Assembly: GCF_006345805.1 (NCBI RefSeq) | Contig: NC_043006.1 | Span: 77,376,001-77,440,000 of the forward strand | Direction: 5' to 3' | DNA length: 64,000 nucleotides | Source: Octopus sinensis | Lineage: Eukaryota | In this document: positions 27,924-41,269 of the stretch, piece after piece | How positions within the stretch are numbered: position 1 is the stretch's first letter | Layout of the letters: each line of letters starts with the position of its first letter | Program-made: the position numbers and the translations under genes | The notes under the pieces: model-generated | Databases searched by the model: none | Told to the model about the DNA's origin: nothing | What the model saw: the letters and a program-made list of their open reading frames with translations, nothing else

Positions 27924-28339
27924 ATTACATATACTCACGTATTTTATTTGACAATTCCGTATAAATGACTATAGTACGGATTCTATCTATGTTACACTGA
28001 CTTATAAACTAAAATGATTTAATACAGCTTTTCTTGCTTATTTCATACCTACGGTTTGAGGGAAATTCTGATGCCTAATGAAATACACTAAATATCAATA
28101 CAATGTCGTGTAAGACATTTAGCAATCAATAACAACTGCACTATTACAGCCTCATTATACTTACTTTGTCTTTCCCGTGATTTATCTGATAATTCATTCT
28201 ATTACCCTTGTGACTAATTCAACAATGGAAACATGATGTGCGTCTCTAAATACTCATTATCCAAATTGCCACAAAAAACAGTGCATCTATAATGTTGTAT
28301 ATATGTGAGTGTGCGTATTTACGTGTGTACATGTGCGTG

Positions 28340-28371
28340 TGCGTTTATGTGTGTGTGTGGTGTATAATATG

Positions 28372-28429
<58 letters not shown>

Positions 28430-28450
28430 GTGTGTGTGTGTGTGTGTATG

Positions 28451-28504
<54 letters not shown>

Positions 28505-28720
28505 TGTGTGTAGGTGTGTGTGTGTGTATGCGCGAGCATCGCAAGTTCGAAAATTCGCATGTAGCTATATATTAGATGGTTTTCTGACACCCAGACACAA
28601 AAACGTGCAGACACTTTGAGACACATGCACAGACGCACGCACGCACGCACGCACGCACGCACACGCACACACACACACACACACCACACACCACACACAC
28701 ACACACACAACACAAGACAC
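28340..28720. repeat. (TG)n/(TA)n followed by (CGCA)n/(CA)n
   Basis: Direct reading. Confidence 0.9.
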
Positions 28721-29766
28721 ACCCACATATGCAAAGGCACACGAACAAAAACACAGAAAGACGCCCGTATATTGACAGAATGCCGTAGCTATTTATTAAA
28801 AAAATGAGAGGATAAGAGAAAATATGATGATTCACACAATTTGTTGGATTTCACCCATTCAATCAGGTGGTGTTAAAACTTACCAAACATTCAATAGGTA
28901 GCTATGTAGCGACATTTGGTAAATATCTCTCATCTGACATTTAGGCTGGTGGCTAATTTATCGAGCATATTGATTATGAGAGCACTTTCGGCAATTCATA
29001 AGCCATAAACTTTTGTACAGTTTCAGCATTATCTATTTTCCTGGACATTTCCCTTAGTATCAAACAACACTTCATGATCGCCTATGATGATCGTAGAGGA
29101 TTTTGTGACTCCATTGGCAACATAATTGCACACCAACCCTGGATATAAATTCTTAGACTCTATTAACTCTAATGGAAAATATTATTTAGTATAAGCGTCT
29201 TTACATTAGACAAGGTCGGAGGTGATCTTCTTCATATAAATACATTACATACGTAGCAAATTAATATATAAATACATACACTCACACACACATATATATA
29301 TACCTATATTTATACATATATATATACCTATATATATACATATATATATATCTACATATATATACCTATAAATATACACATATAGATACCTATATATATA
29401 CCTATATATATATACATATATATATACCTATATACCTATATATATATATATATATACATACTATATATATATATTATATATATTATATATATATATATAT
29501 ATGTATGTTATATATATATATATATATATATTATATATTATGTATGTATAATTATACACTATATGTAGACAATTTCATAAACGCTGTATTCCACGAAATC
29601 AATAAAAATTTATGATGTATAATAGAGTTAGAGGGAAATGAAATGATGAACAATAACAGCTTGAAGAGACAAAAGGAACTCTAATATATATGTATCTACA
29701 CAGGCATACACGAAATATTATATATGTACATAAATATATATTTAAACCTATGTATGTTTACTTTCA

Positions 29767-29826
<60 letters not shown>

Positions 29827-30847
29827 TATGTATGTATGTATGTATGAGTGTGCATGTGCGTGTATGTTTGTATGTATGTATATCATATGAGTCTAAAGGT
29901 TGCGCATAATACATAATACCATTTCCACACATTGAATTCATGTTGTGCATAGAAATGTTTACGACTTTCGTATGACCTTAATGGTTGGGAACGGATATTA
30001 TATTGCAACAACATTACAAAAATGAAAAAAAAAGCGACAAAGGGTGTGCAGGGAGCGAAACACTCAAGATGAGAACACATCAAACGATATATGAAGGGAT
30101 ATAACATGATACAAAATATTGGAATTTGTATTGGATAGCGTTTTCATTTAGAATATGAGTTGCATAATATTTCATGATGCAAATATGAGTCCCTAGCGGT
30201 TATAAAGCACAAAGGATCCATCCATACGACCAATGTTGTTATTGGTGCTGTTGGAGTCCGGTTTGAGAGGGCATAGATGTTCTAATATCTATGATTGTAT
30301 CTATGTCAAGCGACTACTTTCGAGTTGGATGTAATATTGTTGTGTATTAACTGATTTCTGTAAAAAATGATATTCGATTTTCTCTCGATACGCACCAGTG
30401 AAAATATTAAGATTGGAAGCATATGAAGTAGGTGATCGGGTTTACTGAACGGGGCGCGACGGGAAATAGAGAAACCGGAAATAAATAGTAAGATTTAGAT
30501 TTCGATAAATTAAATTATGAAGTGAGTGAAATTTGTATTTCATCAATCTGAAGCACTAGTTATATCTCCCTCATCCGGACACAAATATTGAAATACATAT
30601 TGAGTAGTGCGGCGAAGAGATAAGGGATCAGTTTTCATGAACGGTATCCTTTTCATCTTGCATATATATCAAATATAGGTATACGCATACATATGAAAAT
30701 ATATACATGTCTATTATACACACGCACGTACACACACACTCACACACACACATATGAAGGAAAACAGGACAAGGTAGAAAATGCTAAAATAATTTTATCA
30801 TGAAGAACATTTTAGTACATTTTCAACTTAGACATGAAAAACGATTA

Positions 30848-30884
30848 GCCCCTCGTATATATGTATATATATATATATATATAT

Positions 30885-30916
<32 letters not shown>

Positions 30917-31175
30917 CTATATATATATATATATAATATAATATATATATATTATATGTGTATGTGTGTGTATATATGTCTATGTTTGTCCCCAACATCG
31001 CTTGACAACCGATGCTTGTGTGTTTAAGTTCCCGTAAATTAGTGGTTCGACAAATGAGACAGATAGAATAAGTACAAAGAATAAGTCCTGCGGTCGATTT
31101 GCTCGACTAAATGCGGTGCTCCAGCATGGCCACAGTCACATGACTGAAACAAGTAAAAGGTAAAAGAGTAAAAGA

Positions 31176-31177
<2 letters not shown>
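30848..31177 (+). mobile_element. SINE family B, 5'-truncated
   Basis: Linker microsatellite, then CAACATCGCTTGACAACCGATGC...GTAAAAGAG. Confidence 0.75.
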
Positions 31178-31217
<40 letters not shown>

Positions 31218-31757
31218 ATAAGCAAGAGCAAAAGAAAAAAAGATTTATATGCCAATATTTTGAGAATCGACTTAAAGTCGTCAATCACCACATTACAATA
31301 TACATTCGCTATGAATACATGTCGTGCTGAAATCGATGAATGCACGCTAACAGATTATTTTTTTTTATTCGTTATCTCTATATTGAATTAATTTCGGGAT
31401 TAATCCCACAGATTTTTCCCTCTTCCGTAAAGAATGCGATAAGAAATAAATGAAATAATTACAAGCACTCATTGAAAAAAGCAGAAGCAAGATGATATAT
31501 ACACATAAGTAACCCAGTTATATCTAAATGAAAAATCCTTTACAAAGCCTCAGCATACGTGCGACTGGTCTCGAACCACAACTTCTAGCGGTTACCAGTC
31601 CCAGAGTGAAGTCTATTCTCAGCATATTGGCATAGATTTTATTCCTTTTGCTTTTGTTTATAATTGTTTATAATTTTCACCTTTAAAGGTATTTTAAAAT
31701 GCTGGCCACTATGATGAAATATTTTGGAAAAAAAATTATCCATATTAGAAGTATGTG

Positions 31758-31809
<52 letters not shown>

Positions 31810-31817
31810 TATATATA

Positions 31818-31853
<36 letters not shown>

Positions 31854-32379
31854 CGTGTATATGTGTATATTTATATACACGCACATACACTCACATGGAC
31901 AGACATATATACACACGCACACATACACACACGCACACGCAAATGAACCCACGCGTGCACACATACCCACATGTACACACGCATACATACATACACACAC
32001 ATACTGCAAACAAAGCACACACATTACATATACATACACGCACACACACAAACTTCAAACTACCAGTACCGTTCTACTGATCATTCTCCTACGCACATGT
32101 GTAGGTAGACACATAACGGCCAGCCACTCCTACCAAAATTCTTACTATAAATTGTTTCTGTGACCTTAAACTATAGTAAGCCCCACCACACACATACATA
32201 AACAGCCACAACAACACACATACTCAAACACACACACACTCACGTGCTATCATTACACACACACAGATCTGTGCGCATGCACATACACACACATACACAC
32301 ATATACCTCCTTTTCTTGCACTCTCCCGTCTTTGAAAGGACTTTGTCTTCATCCATTCCCTTCAGGTCATCCCAATATA

Positions 32380-32573
32380 TGACCACATATGTATAGTTGG
32401 CGATTTTCTCTCTCCGTCTTCCCTTCTTTGGAATTCTATATTTCTAATGAAAATCTCCGCTCGAAACATGAAATCCTCTTTCTTTTCTTTCATTTCCTGA
32501 GTGTCGAATACCACTGCACTTATTCCACGTCCTCGCATTGTTGTTTTTCTTGCTTGTTCAATTTTGGATTGAC
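32380..32573 (+). mobile_element. Degenerate P2 Penelope-like end
   Basis: GTTGGCGATTTT...CTAATGAAAATCTCCGCTCGAAACATG...TTCCACGTCCTCGC...TTGGATTGACTAT, collinear with 11161-11356. Confidence 0.55.
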
Positions 32574-33501
32574 TATCTATATACATACATTCATCTGTTA
32601 AAGCCACTGTTGTATTTTCTTTGAGTCACTTAATGTCCAGAAAATGTGTTGCTCGATATTATAAATATATTATTGAAGTGGATATAATCGCCCCAACACG
32701 ACGGAAATAATAAAGAACAAAAAGTATGGTAATTGTTTGTATTAAATAGTTAATAAACGAAAAGAAACTGCAGAAATGCGGAGATGAAGAAATAACGAAG
32801 CAACACGCCTAAAGACAGAAGTGGCATTTGAAAATAATTTTTCATCCTGGAAACACACCGTAATAAATAGTAAAATTCATTGATTTAAATCTATAAAAGA
32901 AAATGTTAGGAAGATCAGCTGAAAACAAATGAGTGACAGCTATAGTCAGGCGAGAAGATGTGTTGACAAGCAAAAATATAGTTTGATGTATATGTAATTT
33001 GTAGCAATACTACCGACAAATAAAGTTATGCATATAGTTATAGATAAATGTATGCACACGAAAGAATCATTTTGTCAGATCAAATTGATAAATAGATTAT
33101 CAAATGAAATAGAAATCTCTACGAAAATTATTAAAAGAAATAATATATTTGAAAATATTTGATCCGTATTGCAATAAAATGTAATACTTTAAGTAAAACT
33201 AAATATAAAACAGGAGGTTCGAAACTTCGAGAAAATTAAAATTTACCTCTAACTATGCGTGTGGTACTGTTTAAGACTGACGAAATCGGATTGGTTGCTG
33301 TACTCTGACTTCTTCGCTAAATTAACAGCTATCCACATACAACGCAGTCAATGCAACTTATGGTATACTTAAGTCTAACACCGTTTATTCGACCGACGAA
33401 TAGATCGTCGAATTATATATATCCTTTACATAGATATTCTCATTAAATCTAACGAAGTTTCGTATCCAGTCGATTAAATTCATTTTGGTGGTTTACGCTT
33501 G

Positions 33502-33777
33502 CTCTTTTACTCTTTTACACTTCTACTTGTTTCAGTCATTTGACTGTGGCCATGCTGGAGCACCGCCTTTTAGATGAGCAAATCGACCCCAGTACTTATT
33601 CTTTGTAAGCCTGGTACTTATTCTATCGGTCTCTTTTGCCGAACCGCTAAGTTACGGGGACGTAAACACACCAGCATCGGTCGTCAAGCAATGTTGGGGG
33701 TGTACAAACACAGACACACAAACATGTAGACGCGCGCACATACACACAAACACACACACACATACACACATACACAC

Positions 33778-33834
<57 letters not shown>

Positions 33835-33997
33835 CATACACGTATATACGAAAGGCTTATTTCAGTTTCCGTCTACCAAATCCACTCACAAGGCTTTGGT
33901 GGGTCCGAGGCTATAGTAGAAGACACTTGCCCAAGGTGCCACGCAGTGGGACAGAACCCGAAACCATGTGGTTCGTAAGCAAGCTACTTACGACAGC
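33502..33997 (-). mobile_element. SINE family B
   Basis: Complete reverse-strand copy apart from the first few head bases. Confidence 0.85.
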
Positions 33998-34351
33998 ACC
34001 CGCCAGCGTTATCAATCAACAGAGCATCCTTCCAATGGTGCTGGTAATTCTGAGTTTCGCTAACATTGTTGTGCATTTCACTAATCGAAACATTCATTTT
34101 TATTTGATAAATCGTTTGAAAATTTAACGAAGATTTCATAAACAATTTTGTTTACGTAAAGATGTATTTAATTAAACTACACTCTCGACTGTTTTTTTTT
34201 TTTTTTAATTTATTCATATATAGAAACTGAAGGTTGAATAAAGATTAATTTAATCTAGTTAATCTTCATACAATCTGACAGCCTGCTCAACTCAGATTTT
34301 CTACATCATGAAAGTTATATCTCTTGCATGTTCTCCCAAGCACTGCTGCCG

Positions 34352-34384
34352 CTACTACTACTACTACTGCTACTACTACTACTA

Positions 34385-34439
<55 letters not shown>

Positions 34440-34445
34440 ACTACT
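34352..34445. repeat. (CTA)n
   Basis: Direct reading. Confidence 0.95.
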
Positions 34446-36371
34446 ATTCTTGTTGTTGTTCTTGTGTCCCTGTCCAACATATTACTACATTGCTCCTCGA
34501 AACTCCGGGTTCTACAATGCCTCATAAATGTTTTTCGAGATTTAATATACTGGAAATTAGTGCTGAAACCCTTGAATGTCTTCTGTGTACAGGTAAATAG
34601 CGACAAAGTTTTCTTTGTCTTGCCTTCTGTTGTTTTTGAAAACAGTGCCAGTTTTATCAGCTGCTAAAATATTCGTGAGAAACTAATTGTCCTCACATTG
34701 TCGATAATCGTTTTTTCTGATATATGGACAATATCCTCGAACGGAGTCCTACTAAACAATGCACAGCATGTCTGCAATAAAAAAAAAAACTGTGGAAATG
34801 TATATATATAAAAAAGACAATGATAATGACTTCAGTCAAACAAAACATGCTGCTTTGTATCATAGCCGCAATAACAAAATTTGCATATATTCCCATTAGC
34901 TATGAAATGAAATCCTTCTCACATAGGACAGTTTTTTTTTTTTTTGTTTGCAAGCATACATTCAAAGAAAAGTACACTAGCCATTTACTATTTTATAGAG
35001 AGGACAAATGACTAGAAAAATCCTCTACCTTAGATGCCTGCTTCTCTTCGAAGATCTATTATTCCTGTAGAATGTAAGAAAAGACTAACATAAACAGGCA
35101 TAACCAAAGATTCCAGAGTTTTGCTTCAGCCACCAGAGGAGCAAATAAATGCAGCTATCGCAGATAAGTGGATGAAGATTGCTTCAATTAAGAATCGCTA
35201 AACAATTTTGGAAGAAGTATATTAAGGTTTCGAATGGAGAAAGTGAACTTGAAATAGCAACGATTCACGGTCGTAAATCAAAATAAAAATGTACAAGAAA
35301 TCTTCTTCGATAGTTCTGGGATCAAACCCTAAACCAACAAACAACCTATTGCAGCTATATTTGGCAATGTCAGTAAGCGAGAAATGGCTAAATATAAGTG
35401 ACCGGACGTCTGAGAAGACGCCAGTCAGATTGTTACCTGATCTACGAAGAGCGAGACTAGTAAATATTTACAAAAAAAGCTAGAATCCCCTCACATACGA
35501 AACAAAAATTCTTTGAAGGTAATTAAAATATGCCAGTGGTGTCCGTCTTCTGGCGTGGAAAAAATTATCTCCTTTGAAAAGAAATTCATGTCACGTGCAG
35601 AAGGAACCACTTCGGAAAGAAAGAATCAATCGCATTACAATTGCATAGAGTTGTGTCACTATGATGAGTGGAGAATATATATTTCGCAAAGCTGTGTTTT
35701 ATAAATCTTATACGATTTAGTATTGTGTCTCTACTAAATAGAATTTAGTTATTTTATTGGGTATTGAGTGAGTTGTCATGTAGGATAAGGTTTCTGAAAC
35801 TAGTGCAGCTAATCCCAATATTTGTAAGTTTCACAATGACGTAAATCTGTTGTCTGAGTAAACGATCTGATCTTAGAAATGAAATCTGAATAGGGTTTAT
35901 TTTGTAAAAGAAATACAAACTGCCTTTCTTTCTACTACTAACAACTTGTATTAAATATATATATATATATATATTAATGAGAGTGTTGCGAATAGGTATT
36001 TGCTCGTTATTTAAGCCTACGGATTGAAATTCTCATGTGATATTATTATTGTTATTTTCCTTTGTTAGATTTTTACATCTCTTTCTCAGTCGTTTTAATA
36101 TGGTAGAATTTTAAACTCCAGTTAGTGAGAAATACAAAAGAGGATTAACTTTAAAATCAAATGCTGGGGTAAACAAGAGGAAAATACAGGAAGCTTTTTG
36201 AATAATGAACTTATTTCTGAATGCCAATTTCCATTGTAAACATACACAAATAGGAGTAAAACACACCCTTTTAGATTCAAATGTGCATAAATGCTTAAAC
36301 TTCATATTAAAGATAAAACCAGTATAGTAGATATCTAAATATTTATAAGATAACACATTTTTATTGCTTAT

Positions 36372-36391
36372 ATCTTTCTTTTTATTTGCAG
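36372..36391 (+). promoter_or_regulatory. Splice acceptor upstream of the first coding exon; implies an upstream (5'UTR or coding) exon
   Basis: ATCTTTCTTTTTATTTGCAG ends at 36391, 22 nt before the ATG, with no in-frame stop between acceptor and ATG. Confidence 0.7.
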
Positions 36392-36413
36392 TTTTGGCCA
36401 GAGTTCCGTTGTG

Positions 36414-36831
36414 ATGGAGTTCCATACTACTAGGGACCTATTTCGAATTGACCCACAGACTGAAGACATACTACCCGAAGATGGTGGTACACTTAATTTG
36501 TCGTTTGGGCAAAGGCCATTACCCAGCTTCACTCACCCGGATTTCACTCAAAATCCTTGCGGTGATGGCTTATGTTTCTTTAATGGAACTAATGGTACGA
36601 ACAATGGAAGTTTGAATACAGGAGACATTGACGGCACCCTCAACTGGTGGGCTCTTGCACCAGCTCCATTTGTAATTTTTGGAATTACAGGAAATCTTCT
36701 CGTTTGTCTTGCCATTGCTAAGGAACGGAGACTTCAAACTGTCACCAATTACTTTCTGTTCTCCTTAGCTGTCACTGATTTATTAGTTTCTCTTATCGTA
36801 ATGCCATTTAGCATTTTACATGAATTCAGAG
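36414..36831 (+). CDS. HTR2: 5-HT2-type serotonin receptor (class A GPCR), coding exon 1: N-terminus, TM1, TM2
   Basis: ATG at 36414 in GTTGTGATGG context. Encodes MEFHTT...[63 protein letters not shown], with the TM1 GN, the TNYFLxSLAxxD motif and four N-glycosylation sequons (NLS, NGT, NGT, NGS). Donor AGAG|GTAAGT follows 36831 (phase 1). Confidence 0.93.
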
Positions 36832-37050
36832 GTAAGTAAAAAAAAAAATATCAATGATTTTACACGTAAAAAGTTTCAGATCTAATACTTCGTTAATTAC
36901 TTCAATAGGAGGACATCTAACGAATCAGAATTCCTCTCTGGCGTACGCTGGAGTGCACAAATTTTAGTTAGCACGCGTCCGTTCAATAAATTTGCGAATG
37001 TGTGCCTGTATGTATTTAAGTATGTATAACAGATGCAATCATATACATAT

Positions 37051-37439
37051 GGATGGAAGCACTCCGTCGGTTTAGACGACGAGGGTTCCGATTGATCCGA
37101 ATCAACGGAACAGCCTGCTCGTGAAATTAACGTGTAAGTGGCTGAGCACTCCACAGACACGTGTACCCTTAACGTAGATCTCGGGGATATTCAGCGTGAC
37201 ACAGAGAGTGACAAGGCCGGCCCTTTGAAATACAGGTACAACAGAAACAGGAAGTAAAAGTGAGAGAAAGTTGTGGTGAAAGAGTACAGCAGGGATCACC
37301 ACCATCCCGTGCCGGAGCCTCGTGGAGCTTTTAGGTGTTTTCGCTCAATAAACACTCACAACGCCCGGTCTGGGAATCGAAACCGCGATCCTATAACCGC
37401 GAGTCCGCTGCCCTAACCACTGGGCCATTGCGCCTCGAC
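37051..37439 (-). mobile_element. SINE family A, copy 3 (full length)
   Basis: Reverse complement of copies 1 and 2; 11-bp TSD CATATACATAT (37040-37050 and 37440-37450). Confidence 0.9.
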
Positions 37440-37971
37440 CATATACATATATATGTAACAAATTAACTAGGCCAAATCCAACACGTTACAAGTATATTGA
37501 AGAAGGACACTTGTGTATCTCTGTTTATATTTACAAAACTTCTGTATTTATATATAAATATACAACTATCTGTCCCTCTGTTCCTCTACCTGTGTACTTA
37601 TCTTTGCAATTTTCCTTCTGAGTTGTAGCTTTTACTGCATATCAACTAATAGTTGACAAAACAGAAGGAGCCGCATAATAACATCGTTAGCTTACTAACT
37701 AGCTCGTTCTGCTCTAATAAGTGTTGCATGCAGAGCTGAGCGTTCGTGCAGATACCACACGAACACACACATATGCGTGTGTGTGCGCGCGCGTCTCTTT
37801 GTGTATAACTAATATATATATATATATAAATGTATATATGTATATATGAAAGAAGGTTTGAAAATGCAATTTTAAAGATCTCAATTCACTTGAGCTGTTT
37901 CACTTTTTTAGAAAAATATTGTTTCATATATATTTCCACTTATGCGGTACCTTGCCTTGCAACTTTACTTT

Positions 37972-38373
37972 TGGCTGTGTGGTAAGTAGCTTGATAACCA
38001 ACCACATGGTACCGGGTTCAGTCCCACTGCGTGGCATCTTGGGCAAGTGTCTTCTGCTATAGCCCCGGGCCGACCAATGCCTTGTGAGTGGATTTGGTAG
38101 ACAGAAACTGAAAGAAGCCTGTCGTATATATGTATATATATATGCATGTGTGTTTGTTTGTGTGTCTGTGTTTGTCCCCCTAGCATTGCTTGACAACCGA
38201 TGCTGGTGTGTTTATGTCCCCGTTACTTAGCGGTTCGGCAAAAGAGACCGATAGAATAGGTACTGGGCTTACAAAAAGAATAAGTTCCGGGGTCGAGTTG
38301 CTCGATAAAGGCGGTGCTCCAGCATGGCCGCAGTCAAATGACTGAAACAAGTAAAAGAGAGTAAAAAAGAGAG
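37972..38373 (+). mobile_element. SINE family B
   Basis: Shares subfamily variants (CCCGGGCCGACCAATGCC, GAAGCCTGTCG, CTAGCATTGC) with the 9.6-10.6 kb pair. Confidence 0.87.
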
Positions 38374-38375
38374 TA

Positions 38376-38448
<73 letters not shown>

Positions 38449-38469
38449 TAAATATATTTCTGTGTGTGT

Positions 38470-38512
<43 letters not shown>

Positions 38513-38541
38513 TATGTACGCCCACATGCATACACATACAT

Positions 38542-38708
38542 TTGACAACCGATGTTGTTGTCCTTGCGTCCCCGCAACTTAGCGGTTCGGAAAAAGAAAC
38601 CGATAAAATAAGTACTAGGCTCGCACAGAAAAACACATGGCACCGATTTGTTCAAAAAGGGCGGTGCACCAGCATGGCCGAACTCAAATATCAGAAACAA
38701 ATAAAAGA
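38542..38708 (+). mobile_element. SINE family B, diverged 3' part
   Basis: TTGACAACCGATG...GGCGGTGCACCAGCATGGCC...AAATAAAAGA. Confidence 0.7.
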
Positions 38709-38940
38709 ATACATCCCACTATTAATCAATTCGGTAGTTCTTGAAATTATATCCGATCCTAGAGGGTGGCATAATTTCAGGATGGCAATTTATAAAATTG
38801 CCCCATAAAATGACCGATAATCTTTAGAACGAAGGAGTCTACAAAATTGACATGCAAAAGAGTCTTGTTTGTCTGTAGATATAATTAATGATTTTTTATG
38901 AAACGTATTTCTGATGTTTATGTTTATATTATTGATATGC

Positions 38941-39090
38941 AGGCGTAGGAGTGGCTGTGTGGTAAGTAGCTTGCTTACGAACCATATAGTTTCGGGTTCA
39001 GTCCCACAGCGTGGCACCTTGGACAAGTGTCTTCTACTATAGCATCGGGTCGACCAAAGCCTTGAAAGAAACTGAAAGAAGCCCGCCGTA

Positions 39091-39148
<58 letters not shown>

Positions 39149-39283
39149 GTGTGTGTATTTTTGTGTGTCTGTGTTTGTTCCCCCCAACATCGCTTAACAA
39201 CCGATGCTGGTGTGTTTACGTCCCCGTAACTTAGCGGTTCGGCAAAAAAGAACGATAGAATAAGTACTATGCTTCTAAAGAAT
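38941..39283 (+). mobile_element. SINE family B, 3'-truncated
   Basis: Head at 38941; sequence stops after TAAAGAAT. Confidence 0.82.
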
Positions 39284-39689
39284 GAATTAGAGGAATTAAA
39301 TTAAGACAAATTTATTTAACAATTTCATATTGAAACTGGTTATTTGGGTATTTCATCAGACGAGAATTTCCAGAAAGGAAACACTGGCAGAAACACACTT
39401 TCTACTCATATAAATGATAACGATAGTCACTGTGGTTTGAACAATTAGCTTTACGTCCACCCCACTTCTATAGAGAAATCCTTTCCTAAGCCTTCGAACA
39501 TTCTTTCAATCAACGTACCCTTCCCTCTCCACGTGTTCCCTACCAATTATTACTTTATCCCTTCTCTTCCTACTATATATTTTTGACGTCAATTCTTCTA
39601 ACGGTTTTCAAAAACAAACACTTATTATCGCTTTGTTTACTATGTAGGCAATCATGGAAATTTTGTTTGTCTTGTTGTCGAGAGAGGCT

Positions 39690-39784
39690 CCCTTTCCTTC
39701 CTGATGAGAAGATTGCATAATGCACCCTTTATTCCTTTGGAATGAAAATATGCTGTCTTCGAAACATGTGTCGAGAGTAAAGGA
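39690..39784 (+). ncRNA. Type I hammerhead ribozyme motif with canonical core, in a Penelope-like end
   Basis: CTGATGA 39701-39707; helix II GAAGA/TCTTC extended by GCATA/TATGC; GAAAC 39761-39765; helix III AC-ATGT-GT; GTC triplet 39770-39772; imperfect helix I CCTTTCCTTC/GAGAGTAAAGG. (TA)n follows about 45 nt downstream. Confidence 0.7.
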
Positions 39785-39824
39785 ATTTTGTTAACATCTT
39801 CGTTCGACTCCATTCTTTCATTTA

Positions 39825-39912
<88 letters not shown>

Positions 39913-41269
39913 ACTTGTTCACCCTAATTGGAACACCACCACTCATAACAACTATCATTTATAACAAACGTACGCTCACAACTATATCATACATATTAGT
40001 TTATAAGTGTATATATCCTCATAACGATTTCTTTTAAATGCATATATTACCAAAACGCACGCGTCTGAGTCAGTCATTGGGATGTAACTCCATTCTGAAA
40101 ATTCACCACCGATGAAATACCCAGTTAACCAGTTTCAATATGAACATTTTGAATTAATCTACTTCACTTTAATTTAATTTCTCTTCTTGAACTAATTGGA
40201 TACGGAAACGGCTGTAGGGATAAGAATTTCATATGATATTGATTTGAATATCTTTGAAGAAATTGATGTTTATAAATAAATACCTCCATATCTGTATACA
40301 TACATGCATGCATACATACATACATACATACATACATACATGTGTGTGTGTGTGTATGTGTGTGTGTGTGTGTGTGTTGCAGGTTTTCTACGAACATAAC
40401 TTCGTAAAAGTGAATCTTCCAATTGTTTAGCTTGATTTATTTACATAGGTTAGGCAAAATGTCGTGAATATACATGAATCAGACATCGATTGGTCTCGTA
40501 TGTAAGCTTAGAATCCTGTAAAATAAATATATCTATAGTAAGAAATTTATAAACGTATATAAACTTTTTTTTTTTAAGATCAGACACTAAGGTTTTAATT
40601 TAACACGTCCATCAAAAATAGACACACGTAACACCTAGCAAAACGTACTGCACCCACACACAACACACACACATACACACACATACACACACGTAACACC
40701 TAGCAAAACATACTGTACGCACACACAGTACATATACATGTACGCACCACACCATAAACACACACACATACGCATGAATATGCACATGCACTCTCGCTAC
40801 CATGCATCTCAGATAAAATCGCATTAATTCCTTAGAGAGTCATACTTCAAACACCACATGCACACAACTTACTTTAATGTTGGGATCATTAATGTCGATG
40901 ACAGGAAGACTTCAAGAGCAATGTTTTTAAATGGAAGGCAGCTTTTGAATCTGAAGAACAAATGATCACACGATGCCAATGAAGAGAAGGAACATAGAAA
41001 TAAGGCTTTCACACACTTTCCCAAAGCTTGCTAGGTGATAGATTGTCGGAAACTCAGGTGCAAGATCAGCGATTGATAGCCACACTCTCTCAAGGTCACA
41101 AAATGAAAATGCATATTTCTTCTCTTACTTGAAATGATCAACGCTGAGAGATGAGAAGCAAAATGATAGTGTTTCAAACACATTATAACAGTAGGATCTC
41201 TCTTAGCTGAAAGCAATTGGACTGGCAGCGGATTAAACATTAGGATACATTTACCTCACTAAAATATTG

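Noticed and set aside
28960-29225. Possible RT relic (IDYESTFGN ... IRQG)
   Set aside because: Only two short, weak motif matches with no open frame between them.
34640-35520. Complex sequence as a candidate 5'UTR exon or promoter of the receptor
   Set aside because: AG and GT sites exist but nothing distinguishes them; needs transcript data.
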